Of a DNA stretch of 64,000 nt, positions 42,259 through 51,862 are shown in pieces; positions within the stretch are counted from its first letter, which is position 1; each line of letters begins with the position of its first letter. The stretch lies in contig CAWGMQ010000006.1 in the NCBI GenBank assembly GCA_963823665.1, forward strand, positions 1,632,001 through 1,696,000, given 5' to 3'. The notes beneath the pieces were generated by a model. The model did not search any database and was not told the DNA's origin. It saw nothing but the letters and a program-made list of their open reading frames with translations. Both the position numbers and the translations under genes were made by a program. This DNA comes from an uncultured Planctomycetota bacterium (GTDB taxonomy: Bacteria > Planctomycetota > Planctomycetia > Isosphaerales > Isosphaeraceae).

Positions 42259-43218
42259 ATGACCATGACACCGTCGCGCCTTGGACACCCCGACCTCGGT
42301 CTCGGCCTCGGTTTGCGGACCGTCCACTTCCCTTACATCCTTGAGCACTACCCGCCAGTAGACTGGTTCGAGATCATCTCCGAGAATTTCATGGACTCGG
42401 GCGGCCGACCGCGCTATGTCCTGGAGCAGATCGCCGAGCGCTACGCCGTGGTCATGCACGGCGTGTCGCTGTCGATCGGCAGCACCGATCCGCTTAACTT
42501 CGAGTACCTGACGAAGCTCAAACGCCTGGCGGACGCAGTGCAGCCGCGCTGGGTCTCCGATCACCTGTGCTGGACGGGCGTGGCCGGGCTGAATGCCCAC
42601 GATCTGCTGCCGATCCCGCTGAACGAACAGACGCTCGAGCACGTCGTCGCTCGTATCCGCGTCGTGCAGGACTTTCTGGCACGGCCGCTCGTGATTGAGA
42701 ACCCCAGCACTTACGTAACCTTTGCCGACTCGACCATGAGCGAATGGGAGTTTATCAGCCGCATGGCCGAGGAAACTGACTGCGGCCTGCTGCTGGACGT
42801 GAACAACGTCTATGTCTCGAGCGTCAACCACGACTTCGACCCCGCCGTTTACATCCGCTCGGTGCCGCACCGGCGGGTCGTGCAGTTCCACCTGGCGGGC
42901 CACACGAACTGCCAGACGCACTTGATCGACACTCATGATGGCCCCGTGATCGATCCTGTTTGGGAGTTGTACCGCCTCGCCCATCGCCTGACGGGCGGCG
43001 CCTCGACGCTCTTGGAATGGGACGCCAAGATTCCTCCGTTCCCGGTCGTCCACGCCGAGGTGAAGAAGGCCCGCGGTTACATGAGTGAGGCACTGGCGCC
43101 GCTGGCCGGCGTGGGCCGGCCGGTCGTGGCGTCGGCGTCGGCCGGCGTCTCGAACCCGGTGTCGTTCCTCGTCCCGGAGGTGAGCGGCGCCGACTCCGGG
43201 CCTGTGCGATCGTACTGA
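42259..43218 (+). CDS. DUF692 multinuclear non-heme iron oxidase (MNIO; BufB/MbnB family)
   Basis: [63 protein letters not shown] and LLEWD. Confidence 0.97.
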   Translation: MTMTPSRLGHPDLGLGLGLRTVHFPYILEHYPPVDWFEIISENFMDSGGRPRYVLEQIAERYAVVMHGVSLSIGSTDPLNFEYLTKLKRLADAVQPRWVSDHLCWTGVAGLNAHDLLPIPLNEQTLEHVVARIRVVQDFLARPLVIENPSTYVTFADSTMSEWEFISRMAEETDCGLLLDVNNVYVSSVNHDFDPAVYIRSVPHRRVVQFHLAGHTNCQTHLIDTHDGPVIDPVWELYRLAHRLTGGASTLLEWDAKIPPFPVVHAEVKKARGYMSEALAPLAGVGRPVVASASAGVSNPVSFLVPEVSGADSGPVRSY

Positions 43219-43257
43219 GGCCCTTCTAGCGGCCTCACCTGACGGAGGACAAAAGAC

Positions 43258-43848
43258 ATGGCGGCGCTCGTCGCGAAGCTGGAAAAGTGGTATCTGACTG
43301 AGATCTGGGTGCTGGACCACGTCAAGCACGTCTTCCTGCTGATCCTGCGCCTGTATTTCGACTGGGGATTCATGTCCGCCGGCCTGGGGAAACTGCTCAA
43401 CGTCGAGACCCACACCGGATTCTTCCGTGATTCGGGCATCCCCTTGCCGATGCTCAACGTCTATCTGGCGGGGACCACCGAGACCGTTTGCGGCTTCCTG
43501 CTCTTGATCGGGGCGGCCTCCCGTATCATCACGATCCCATTATTGGGCACGATGTTCGTCGCCTACCTGACCGCCCACACCGAGCAGCTCTACGCGTTAT
43601 GGGGCAACACTCCGCTCTTCTTCAAGGCGCCTCCATTCCCATATCTGTACACCTGTTTATTAATACTTTTCTCCGGGCCCGGCTTCTTCTCTGTCGACGC
43701 CATCATCCACCGGCTCCTGGAAAAGCGAAACCCACGATCCCAATCTGCCGGCCCCCCCAACGGCGTCGACGGCAGCCGAGCATCCTCGGCCGCGCCGGTC
43801 TCGATGGGCCAGCACCCATCCACCTCTGCTTCACGAGGAAAACCATGA
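43258..43848 (+). CDS. DoxX family membrane protein
   Basis: LILRL.F..GF..AG.GKL, GIPLP, E..CG.LLLIG...R and GPGFFSVD. Confidence 0.92.
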   Translation: MAALVAKLEKWYLTEIWVLDHVKHVFLLILRLYFDWGFMSAGLGKLLNVETHTGFFRDSGIPLPMLNVYLAGTTETVCGFLLLIGAASRIITIPLLGTMFVAYLTAHTEQLYALWGNTPLFFKAPPFPYLYTCLLILFSGPGFFSVDAIIHRLLEKRNPRSQSAGPPNGVDGSRASSAAPVSMGQHPSTSASRGKP

Positions 43849-44327
43849 ACGACAACACTCTCGATCGGCGCGACCTGTGCCGGCTGGCACTCGCCGCCTT
43901 GGGCGGGTTGACCGCTGGTGCCTTGGTAGGCTGTGGAGGTGGCAAGACCGAGACGGCGTCGGCACCAGGCAGGGCGGAAAAGGGCCATAAGGACACGGCG
44001 GCCGACGCGACGCCCCCGCTGCTCCAGGACCCGCACGTCTGCCGGGGCATCAACACCTGCAAGAACAAAGGCAAGAAGGGAACGACCAACGACTGCGCCG
44101 GCCAGGCGCACTGCGCAACCGTGGCCGCCCACGACTGCAACGGCATGAACGACTGCGAGGGGCATGGCGGCTGCGGCCAACACCCGGGCGAAAACGAGTG
44201 CAAGGGCAAGGGCGGTTGCGAAGTCCCCTTGAGCGACAAGACCTGGCCCAAGGCACGCAAGCAATTCGAGGTGCTGATGACCAAGGCCGGAAAAACGGTC
44301 TGGGATCCGCCTCCGAAGAAAGGCTGA
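43845..44327 (+). CDS. Tat lipoprotein, Cys/Gly-rich MNIO precursor candidate 2 (paralog of 41717-42160)
   Basis: GAGG RBS, DRRDL twin-Arg, lipobox LVGC and a 9-Cys core colinear with precursor 1. Confidence 0.82.
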   Translation: MNDNTLDRRDLCRLALAALGGLTAGALVGCGGGKTETASAPGRAEKGHKDTAADATPPLLQDPHVCRGINTCKNKGKKGTTNDCAGQAHCATVAAHDCNGMNDCEGHGGCGQHPGENECKGKGGCEVPLSDKTWPKARKQFEVLMTKAGKTVWDPPPKKG

Positions 44328-44455
44328 GTTGCCGCCGCCTGTCCGGGAACGTAGTACGGCTCAATTCCCATTGGTTCCTGCAAGTCGGGTCAACCATGCC
44401 AGGGGATCGGCATGGGTTTGATGATCGACCTCGTGATCCCAACGGAGAATGATCG

Positions 44456-45832
44456 ATGTGGCACATCACCTGGAAACGTCGCCCCTCCCGCCGCGCCGCT
44501 GAGAGACGCCGCGTTCGCCTCTGCCTGGAGTGTCTGGAGGGGCGAGCGGTCCCGTCCGCACTGCACGCAGGCCCCTTTGCCAAGGGGCCAGGCGGTACCA
44601 CCAGGACTACCGTTTACACCGAAAGCAACAACCCGGCCGCGGGCCAGAATGCGGTGCTGGCCTTCCGTCAGAACGCCGACCGCACCCTCACGGAGATCGG
44701 CTCGTTCAACACCAAAGGCACCGGGCAGAACAACTTCCCGACTATCGTCCCTGGCCTCCCTCTCGGTGGGCTCAACCTCGGCGCCGACGATACTAGTTCA
44801 GAAGTAGTGGCCACAGGCGACGGCCGCTTCCTCTTCGCGGTCAATCAGGGCAGCGATTCCGTGAGCTCGTTGCGCATCAAGCCCAATGGCGGGCTGGCTT
44901 TGATCGGCGCGTTCGCTTCCGACGGGGTGCAGCCGGACAGCCTCGCCATCGCCGGCGATACGCTGTACGTATCCAATCGCGGCGATTCGACCACGGCTAG
45001 CCCCGCCGGCACGGTCGTGCCCAACATCACCGGCTTTCGCATCGGCGGCAACGGCGAGCTCAGGGCGATCCGCGGTACGACGGTGACGTTTCCCACGGGC
45101 ACCTCGCCCTCGCAAAACCTGATCACGCCCAATGGCAAACTTCTCTTCTCCGACGTCTTCGGAGTACCGGGCGGCACGGCTGCCGGGGACAACACCTTGG
45201 CCCCCTACCAGATCGAGCGCAACGGCGCCTTGCGGCTCGCCCCCGGCGGCAACGTCGGCACGCCGGCCGGTTCGAGCGCGCTGCTGCTGGGCGCCGCCTT
45301 CAACCCGGATCAGCCCATCATCTACGTCGGCATCCCCGGGCTTAACGAGGTGGCCGTCTTCACCTACGCCAGATCCGGCCAGCTCACCTACGTCGGCGCC
45401 GCGACTACCCCGCTGGGAGGTGGCGCGACCTGCTGGGACAGCACCAATGGTCGCTATCTCTACGTCACCGACACCGTCACGGATTCGGTCAGCGTCTTCT
45501 CGTTGGCCAACCCGCTGCAACCGGTGCAGATCCAGCAGTTCTCGCTGGCCGGCCCGGAAGCTCCGCCTGGTTCGCCGCCCGGCACGATCGAGAGCGACAC
45601 CTTCCAGGTCGCTCTGTCGCCGAACGGACAGACTCTGTACGTCGTCAACCATGATTTTGGCAGCGCGACCCTCGGTTTCGCGGATGGCAACCAGCTTCAC
45701 GTCCTGTCGGTGGCCGCCAACGGCATGCTAAGCGAGCCGAATGCGCCAGTCCTCTTGGACTCGGCTGGCGCCGTCCCCGGCGATGCCCTCGCGCAGGGCA
45801 TCGCGGTGGTCGTTGGCAGAGGTCCCGCGTGA
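44456..45832 (+). CDS. Secreted beta-propeller (lactonase/Pgl-like) with planctomycete LECLEGR export motif
   Basis: VYTESN, GRFLFAVNQGSDSVS, LYVSNRG, ATCW and LSPNGQTLYV blades. Confidence 0.85.
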   Translation: MWHITWKRRPSRRAAERRRVRLCLECLEGRAVPSALHAGPFAKGPGGTTRTTVYTESNNPAAGQNAVLAFRQNADRTLTEIGSFNTKGTGQNNFPTIVPGLPLGGLNLGADDTSSEVVATGDGRFLFAVNQGSDSVSSLRIKPNGGLALIGAFASDGVQPDSLAIAGDTLYVSNRGDSTTASPAGTVVPNITGFRIGGNGELRAIRGTTVTFPTGTSPSQNLITPNGKLLFSDVFGVPGGTAAGDNTLAPYQIERNGALRLAPGGNVGTPAGSSALLLGAAFNPDQPIIYVGIPGLNEVAVFTYARSGQLTYVGAATTPLGGGATCWDSTNGRYLYVTDTVTDSVSVFSLANPLQPVQIQQFSLAGPEAPPGSPPGTIESDTFQVALSPNGQTLYVVNHDFGSATLGFADGNQLHVLSVAANGMLSEPNAPVLLDSAGAVPGDALAQGIAVVVGRGPA

Positions 45833-45978
45833 GGCGAGTGGGTCCCGCGTCGTGGCAGAACGGTTCTCTTTCTAGCCCGCAAGCGCAGGCAAGGGATCAT
45901 CCGGTCCTCGCTTTCGCTGCGGGCAGGTAGTGTTTTTTCCGCTGGTTCGTAGTCTCAAGAGCGAGCACTGGAGCAATC

Positions 45979-46875
45979 ATGACCAACGCGAACAATTCCT
46001 GGCGCGATCTCGGACAGATAGAGCGCTGGATGCAGGCCGCCATCATGCATCCGGTGGGCGTCGAGGAAGGCATCGCCTCCGCAGAGGCTCGGCGCCACAT
46101 CGACATCGGGCCCGACGAGGCGGAAACCGTCGTGACTCGCTCACGGGCGCTGACGGCCATGGATCGCCTGGCGATTTACGCCTACGCCTACTACGCCCGG
46201 CTGCTGGAGTGCATGCGCGAGGAGTTCCCCGTCTTGAAGCATGCCCTCGGAGAGGAGGTCTTCGATGCTTTTGCTGTCGGCTATTTGCAACATTACCCAT
46301 CGCGGAGTTACACCCTGTTCCAGCTCGCCGCGAACTTCCCCCAATACCTCGCTGAGACCCGCCCCGACGCGGACGGGGCCGACGGCTTGCCGGCGGACTG
46401 GCCGGACTTCGTCATTGACCTCGCCCGACTCGAGTTGACCTTCAATGAAGTCTTCGACGGGCCGGGGGTGGAGGGGGAGCGCCTCCTGGAGGCCGACCCG
46501 CTGCTGGCCATCACCCCTGAACGCCTGCTGGAATCGCGCCTCGTGGGTGTGCCGTGTTTGCGGCTGCTCGTCCTACGCTCCCCGGTCCATCGGTACTTCA
46601 CCGCGGTGCGCCGCCACGAGGACCCGGGCCCGCCCGAACCCGCCAAAACCTTTCTGGCGGTCACGCGCCGGCACTTCGTAGTGTGCCACTACGAACTCTC
46701 TCGCCCCGCCTACCAGCTCTTGCACGCTCTGCTCGAAGGTGCATCGGTGGGCCAGGCAATCAGCGGGGCGTTAAAGGAGGCCGGATCGGACCTCGAGCTC
46801 TTGCCGCCTCACCTTTGGACGTGGTTCCATGATTGGGCTGCCGAAGGATTCTTCCGGGCGGTGGAACTGGGATGA
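45979..46875 (+). CDS. DUF2063 MNIO partner protein (BufC/HvfC-like)
   Basis: RLAIY..AY.ARL.E.M.EEFP.L...LGEE.F....Y...YPS.S.TL and DLARLE. Confidence 0.9.
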   Translation: MTNANNSWRDLGQIERWMQAAIMHPVGVEEGIASAEARRHIDIGPDEAETVVTRSRALTAMDRLAIYAYAYYARLLECMREEFPVLKHALGEEVFDAFAVGYLQHYPSRSYTLFQLAANFPQYLAETRPDADGADGLPADWPDFVIDLARLELTFNEVFDGPGVEGERLLEADPLLAITPERLLESRLVGVPCLRLLVLRSPVHRYFTAVRRHEDPGPPEPAKTFLAVTRRHFVVCHYELSRPAYQLLHALLEGASVGQAISGALKEAGSDLELLPPHLWTWFHDWAAEGFFRAVELG

Positions 46876-46915
46876 GGCGACGATCATGTCGTTTCCGTTT
46901 CAATGAGAGGTAGCC

Positions 46916-47122
46916 ATGACGCGAATCGCTTTGGTTCAGTTGCGGGTCAGCGCGGACAAGACGGGCGAACGTCGAGCGGGGCGTGCGGGCGCTTTAGACC
47001 GCCGCGGCGAACGGAGCAGAGCTCGTCTGCTTCCCCGAGCTGGCCTTCGAGCCGTTCTACCCGCAGCGCCGCGCAGAGCGCGGGTTCGAACAGCTTGCGG
47101 AGCCGGTGCACAGCCCCGCTAA
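46916..47122 (+). pseudogene. N-terminal fragment of a carbon-nitrogen hydrolase (nitrilase superfamily)
   Basis: MTRIALVQL, then in a shifted frame GAELVCFPELAFEPFYPQ...LAEP. It ends just before the 47131 promoter motif. Confidence 0.7.
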
Positions 47123-47130
47123 GCCGGGGG

Positions 47131-47166
47131 TGTAACCAAGTAAGTGCCAATCTCATCTAACAGAAT
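47131..47166 (+). promoter_or_regulatory. Candidate ECF promoter TGTAACC-N16-CATCTAACAGAAT
   Basis: Matches 41616-41650; upstream of the DUF1223-msrA genes. Confidence 0.6.
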
Positions 47167-47309
47167 AGGGATCAACGCCAAGGCTTCCGCAGCAGTGGCA
47201 GCTCGCGTGGTCCCGGTGCTCAACGACTACCCGTGAGACTTCTATGGGCCCAAGTCCTTGATGCCTCTCGGGTTCGTTGTCTTGGTCAAGCTCTCGTAAG
47301 GATAAGACA

Positions 47310-48134
47310 ATGATGAGATGGGTCCTGCTCATCGCCATCGGGACTGCCGCGCTCGTGGGCGTGCCGCTATTCAAGAGGAGCGCGCTTTGCGGTCAAAGTG
47401 CGGACGAGAAGAAAGTACAACCAAAGAGCGACGCTGAAACAGCGACACCTTTTGCGCTGGTCGAGCTGTTCACGTCGGAGGGCTGTTCCAGTTGTCCGCC
47501 GGCCGACCTTCTGCTGGGAGAGATCGTGAAGGATGCGCTGACACGCCGGCGGCGCGTCTATTGCCTCTCCTTTCACGTCGATTACTGGAACGGGCTCGGC
47601 TGGCGCGATCCGTACAGCGACTCCGCCTTTTCGCGCCGGCAACAGGAATATGCCAGCGTGTTCAATTCGGATCATGTCTACACGCCTCAGATGGTTGTGA
47701 ACGGCAGCGCAGAATTTGTCGGCTCGGATCGCGCCCGCGCGCGTGATCGCATCGACGACGCCTTGAAGCAGCCGGTCCGCGCGAGCGTGAAACTCAGCGA
47801 AGTCGAGCAGAAAGACCCGAACTCCGTGCTACTCGGCTTCGAGGTCTCGCAGGCCCCGCCGGGCAGCGTCTTGAACGTCGCCTTGGTCGAGCGCGGACTT
47901 GTCAGCAGAGTCACGCGCGGCGAGAACGGCGGCCAAACGCTCCGCCATGAAAATGTCGTGCGTGCTTTCCAGACCACTCGTCTCGGTGAAGCCGGGAAGG
48001 GTACGGTGAAACTCAAGCTGCCGGCCAAGCTGGTTCTCAAGAACTCTTCGGCTGTCGCATACGTTCAGAAGATTGATGTTGGGACCGTGCTTGGCGCAAC
48101 GGCCATCGATCTCCAGCCGTCTATCAACCGCTAG
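47310..48134 (+). CDS. DUF1223 thioredoxin-like protein (copy 2)
   Basis: LVELFTSEGCSSCPPAD, FHVDYWN.LGW.DPYS, YTPQMVVNG and GENGG..L.H.NVVR. Confidence 0.95.
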   Translation: MMRWVLLIAIGTAALVGVPLFKRSALCGQSADEKKVQPKSDAETATPFALVELFTSEGCSSCPPADLLLGEIVKDALTRRRRVYCLSFHVDYWNGLGWRDPYSDSAFSRRQQEYASVFNSDHVYTPQMVVNGSAEFVGSDRARARDRIDDALKQPVRASVKLSEVEQKDPNSVLLGFEVSQAPPGSVLNVALVERGLVSRVTRGENGGQTLRHENVVRAFQTTRLGEAGKGTVKLKLPAKLVLKNSSAVAYVQKIDVGTVLGATAIDLQPSINR

Positions 48135-48173
48135 CCGCAGGGGATTTTCCTAACCTTTTCCTCGGGGTGCGTC

Positions 48174-48884
48174 ATGCGAACCAGATTTCAGTCACTCGCC
48201 GTTTCGGGTTTCCTGGTCGCTACGATTGTTGTCGGTTTGGCCGCGCGCTGGGGCGTCCTGGCGAAGAATCCCGATTTCACCAGACTCTCGAGGTCGCCGG
48301 CGGCTCCGTTGCCGACCGCGCCGCCGGCGTCCGGCTTGGAGCAGGCGACCTTTGGGGCCGGCTGTTTCTGGTCAACCCAGGTCGAGTTTCAGCAATTGAT
48401 CGGGGTGCATTCCACGGTTTGCGGGTACAGCGGCGGCGCCGTTGAGAATCCCACTTACGAACAGGTCTGCACCGGCACAACCGGACACGCCGAGGTCGTC
48501 CAGGTCACTTTCGACCCGAAGGTGATCTCCTACTCGGACTTGCTGGAAGTCTTCTGGCACACGCACGACCCGACCACCCTGAACCGCCAAGGCCACGACG
48601 TCGGGACGAATTACCGTTCGGTCATTTTCTACCACACTCTGAAGCAGCGGGAGGCGGCCGAGCTTTCCAAGCGGAAACTTGAGGCGTCGGCGGCATTCGG
48701 GGCGCCGATCGTCACGGCGATCGTACCGTTCTCGGCCTTCTATCCAGCGGAAGACTATCACCAGAACTACTACATGGATCATCCCGGTCAGCCGTACTGC
48801 GCCGCGGTCATCCGGCCGAAACTCGAGACGTTCGCGAAGACATTCGCGGACAAACTCAAGCCAGGTGCGGCAAAATCCCGCTGA
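48174..48884 (+). CDS. msrA: Peptide-methionine (S)-S-oxide reductase with N-terminal export/anchor segment
   Basis: FGAGCFW, GYSGG, NPTYEQVC, GHAEVV, HDPT..NRQG.DVG..YRS.IF and AEDYHQNY. Confidence 0.96.
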   Translation: MRTRFQSLAVSGFLVATIVVGLAARWGVLAKNPDFTRLSRSPAAPLPTAPPASGLEQATFGAGCFWSTQVEFQQLIGVHSTVCGYSGGAVENPTYEQVCTGTTGHAEVVQVTFDPKVISYSDLLEVFWHTHDPTTLNRQGHDVGTNYRSVIFYHTLKQREAAELSKRKLEASAAFGAPIVTAIVPFSAFYPAEDYHQNYYMDHPGQPYCAAVIRPKLETFAKTFADKLKPGAAKSR

Positions 48885-49199
48885 GCGAAAAGCCCCGGCC
48901 GAAGGCCCGCATGCGCTCCGAGGACTGGACGTCCTGAGTGTCGGGGCGGACGGTCGGTTGATCGAGGTGCCCTCATCGCCTAGAATTCCTCCCGTGCGCT
49001 CCATGACCCGACCGCGGGGCGTGCGGGCCCTTTGCGCGGATGAGAGCTGCCCAGGGGCGGCTCGGGCGCGTCTCGCGACACTCGCGAGGCGGGTCGATCG
49101 CGCACCGCCGAACCGGGGCCGGCCGTTCGAGGCATTCGCCCCAGGCCGAGTCGCGGGTTTGGTGGACGTGGGTGGAAACGAAAACCTTGAGAACACCTG

Positions 49200-49922
49200 A
49201 TGAGCGGAATTCGACCGATGGCACATTACTCTTTTGTCCCTTACAACATGGAATTATTGTCGGAACAAGAGATGATTGCTCGAGGACAGGATCTTTTTCG
49301 AGAGATGTCCAGCCGCCGCAGCGTTCGACATTTCTCGTCGAAGCCGGTACCACGGGAGTGCATTGAACTGGCGATCCGAATTGCGGCGACGGCACCCTCG
49401 GGGGCCCATCGCCAGCCTTGGCGCTTCGTCGCGGTGAGCGACGACGACATCAAGCGCAAGATCCGCGAGGCGGCTGAGACAGAAGAGCGCATATCTTACG
49501 AGGGTGGCCGAATGCCGGCGGAATGGTTGCAGGCGCTGGCTCCGCTGGGCACCAATTGGCACAAGCCGTTCCTTGACACCGTTCCGTGGATCGTGGTGGT
49601 GTTCGAGGAAATTTACCAGGTTGGTCCTGAGCGCCAGCGTCTCAAGAGCTACTATGCCAAGGAGAGCGTGGGCATTGCCTGCGGGCTGTTCATCGTCGCT
49701 CTGCATCGGATGGGCCTGGCAACTCTCACGCACACACCCAGCCCCATGGCGTTCCTCTCAAAGATCCTTGGTCGACCGGCGAACGAACGGCCGTTCATCC
49801 TTTTCCCGGTAGGCTATCCCGCGGATGATGCCACCGTGCCAGACCTCACGCGGAAATCGCTCGACGAGGTGGCAGTTTGGGCGCTGGGAAAATCGCGACC
49901 AGCGCGGTCAACTCACGACTGA
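49200..49922 (+). CDS. Iodotyrosine deiodinase-like nitroreductase-family flavoprotein
   Basis: RRSVRHFS, APSGAHRQPW, lid E-ERISY (ExxxY), TNWHK and TLTHTP match halotyrosine dehalogenase signatures. Alternative start at 49218. Confidence 0.85.
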   Translation: MSGIRPMAHYSFVPYNMELLSEQEMIARGQDLFREMSSRRSVRHFSSKPVPRECIELAIRIAATAPSGAHRQPWRFVAVSDDDIKRKIREAAETEERISYEGGRMPAEWLQALAPLGTNWHKPFLDTVPWIVVVFEEIYQVGPERQRLKSYYAKESVGIACGLFIVALHRMGLATLTHTPSPMAFLSKILGRPANERPFILFPVGYPADDATVPDLTRKSLDEVAVWALGKSRPARSTHD

Positions 49923-50158
49923 GGCTGCTCGAGCCCTTCGAGGGCTTTGAGGAGCAGCGAATACTCCTCGAGGCACTCGCCGCAAATCTGCAAGTGGTGC
50001 CGGACGAGGTCATGCGCTTCTTGGACCGGCAGCCCCGTGAGGGCCCGCTCGGCGAAAACGCCCATTTCCCCCAGGCACTCGTCGCAGGTCAGCTCTTGAT
50101 CCCGCGTGTTGCTGACGGCTTGCAGAAGCGCGCGGACTTGATCGTCTGATAGGTTCAT
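49913..50158 (-). CDS. Small zinc-finger anti-sigma-like protein
   Basis: CDEC and HLQICGEC; directly downstream of an ECF sigma gene. Confidence 0.8.
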   Translation of the reverse strand: MNLSDDQVRALLQAVSNTRDQELTCDECLGEMGVFAERALTGLPVQEAHDLVRHHLQICGECLEEYSLLLKALEGLEQPQS

Positions 50159-50174
50159 GGCAATAGCCTCTTTT

Positions 50175-50785
50175 TCAATCCTTCCACGCTTCAAGCCAGC
50201 TTTCCGCATCAAATCCTGCGGCTTCGAGCCCTGCTCGGAGTTTGCGGCGGGCGTCGTGCGTTAGTTTGTATACAGCATTGCGGTTGCTGCCGAGCTGCCG
50301 GGCGATCTCGTCCTGGGGCATCCCGTTCAGTTCGGCGGTCAGGGCAAGCCATTGCTTGCCGGTGAGCTGCTCGGCGATGACCCGATGCATCGCGGCCAGC
50401 AACTCCGAGCGGAGCGACGCACGCTCCGGCCCCGGGGACCGGTCGGTCACGTCAATGGCCGGGGCGCCGCTTTCCTCCTTGAATCGGTCCAGCGACACGC
50501 CGTGCCACAACTGCTTCCGCATCGCGGTCAGCGCCTCGCGCACGGCGATGGCCATGGCCCAACTGAGGAATCGACTGCGCCCGCGAACGTGTCCAGGCGC
50601 TCAAGCACTTTCAGAAGCGCCTCTTGTACGGCGTCCTCGAAGAGTGCATCGCGCCCACCCGCCCGCCCCGCCAGCGCGGCCCGCAGGCCGCGCAACAGAA
50701 AGACGCGCAGATCGACCAGCACCGCCTCGCGCCGCGCACCGAGCTGCCTCAGCTCCTCAATCCAGACCTCATTCGCGCGATCCAT
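50175..50785 (-). CDS. ECF sigma-70 factor (frameshift near 50575)
   Basis: EDAVQEALLKVL..LDTF, FLSWAMAIAVR and EIARQLGSNRNAVYKL.HDARRKLR. Confidence 0.88.
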
Positions 50786-51089
50786 TTGGGGTGTCCGTTG
50801 GCCAGGTCGAGCCGCTTGCCAACCGCAAGCGATCCGTAGCACCGCCGGGAGATCGAGCAACGTGGCGTCCACATCCTAGTTGGTCAACAGGTCGAGACGG
50901 ACGTCGACGACAAGCTCGGCCCGCTGGCTCAGAGTATAGCTGGCCCGCTTTAACCGGACCAGCCGTCCGTCGCTCATGCCAAGCCAAAAAGTCATTCTCC
51001 TGTCGCGTTGCCGGTCCGGTGCTAGAAGCATCTGCTTCCAGGCGCAAAGTCCAGCCAGCGGCGTTCAAAAGACCTCGTGCGCACCCCCG

Positions 51090-51413
51090 TCAGCGAAGGT
51101 GCGGACCGAGCGCCCCCAGGAGGCGACTTTTCGGCACGACTCCCGAGAACTGTTGCAGGACTTCACCCCCGAGGATGACGGCGAAGCTGGGGATCGATGT
51201 GACGCCGTACCGAACGGCCGTGGCGCTCGCCTCGTCAACGTTCACCTTGATGACGCGGGCGCGCTCTCCAAGCTCCGCGGAAACCTCATCGACGATTCGG
51301 GACATTAAGCGGCACGGGCCGCACCACGGGGCCCAGAAGTCAACGAGGATCGGAACGTCCGACTGAAGAACTTCCGCGCCAAACGTGCGATCATTGAGAT
51401 TCAGGGTAGACAT
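51090..51413 (-). CDS. trxA: Thioredoxin
   Basis: VDFWAPWCGPC, KVNVDE, YGVTSIP; 107 aa. Confidence 0.96.
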   Translation of the reverse strand: MSTLNLNDRTFGAEVLQSDVPILVDFWAPWCGPCRLMSRIVDEVSAELGERARVIKVNVDEASATAVRYGVTSIPSFAVILGGEVLQQFSGVVPKSRLLGALGPHLR

Positions 51414-51862
51414 AGTTATATTCTTTCAAGTTGGGGTCGAGAATCAGTCACAGGAAATCGTCTTGCCGAGAGCAGCGCCCACCCTCAGTCGTTGGAGCCG
51501 ATCTGATGGTGCGCCTCTCGGCCTCTGTCCGGCCTGGGATCCTTCACCAAGCCGTAAGTCTGCCGCCCCTCGTGCTCTTCAGGAAGGTACGTTCGTTATC
51601 GGGGCCGCCGTTCATCGTTTGTACTAGCGTTCGGCCTCGATACCTTGAGGACGACGCTGGCCTCCGATCTCTTACCCCAAAGGAGCAAGATTTGGACGGA
51701 TGCGTTTTCTGAGTCGTTGGAGGTAAGAACCGCTACGGCCACAACGTCTCAAGAGTAGGCGCCGTCCGTGGCTGTGAGCTTCGGCTGATCATTCTCCGTC
51801 GGGCAGCTCGCACGGGGCTGGGAATACTTGCTTCAGAAGGTACATCACGAAAGGAAAAGACC

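Noticed and set aside
42169..43413. Long antisense ORFs (also 1923-3095+, 22143-23243-, 39174-40304-, 50242-51366+, 61399-62814+)
   Set aside because: They are shadows of well-supported genes on the opposite strand in high-GC DNA and have no recognisable motifs.
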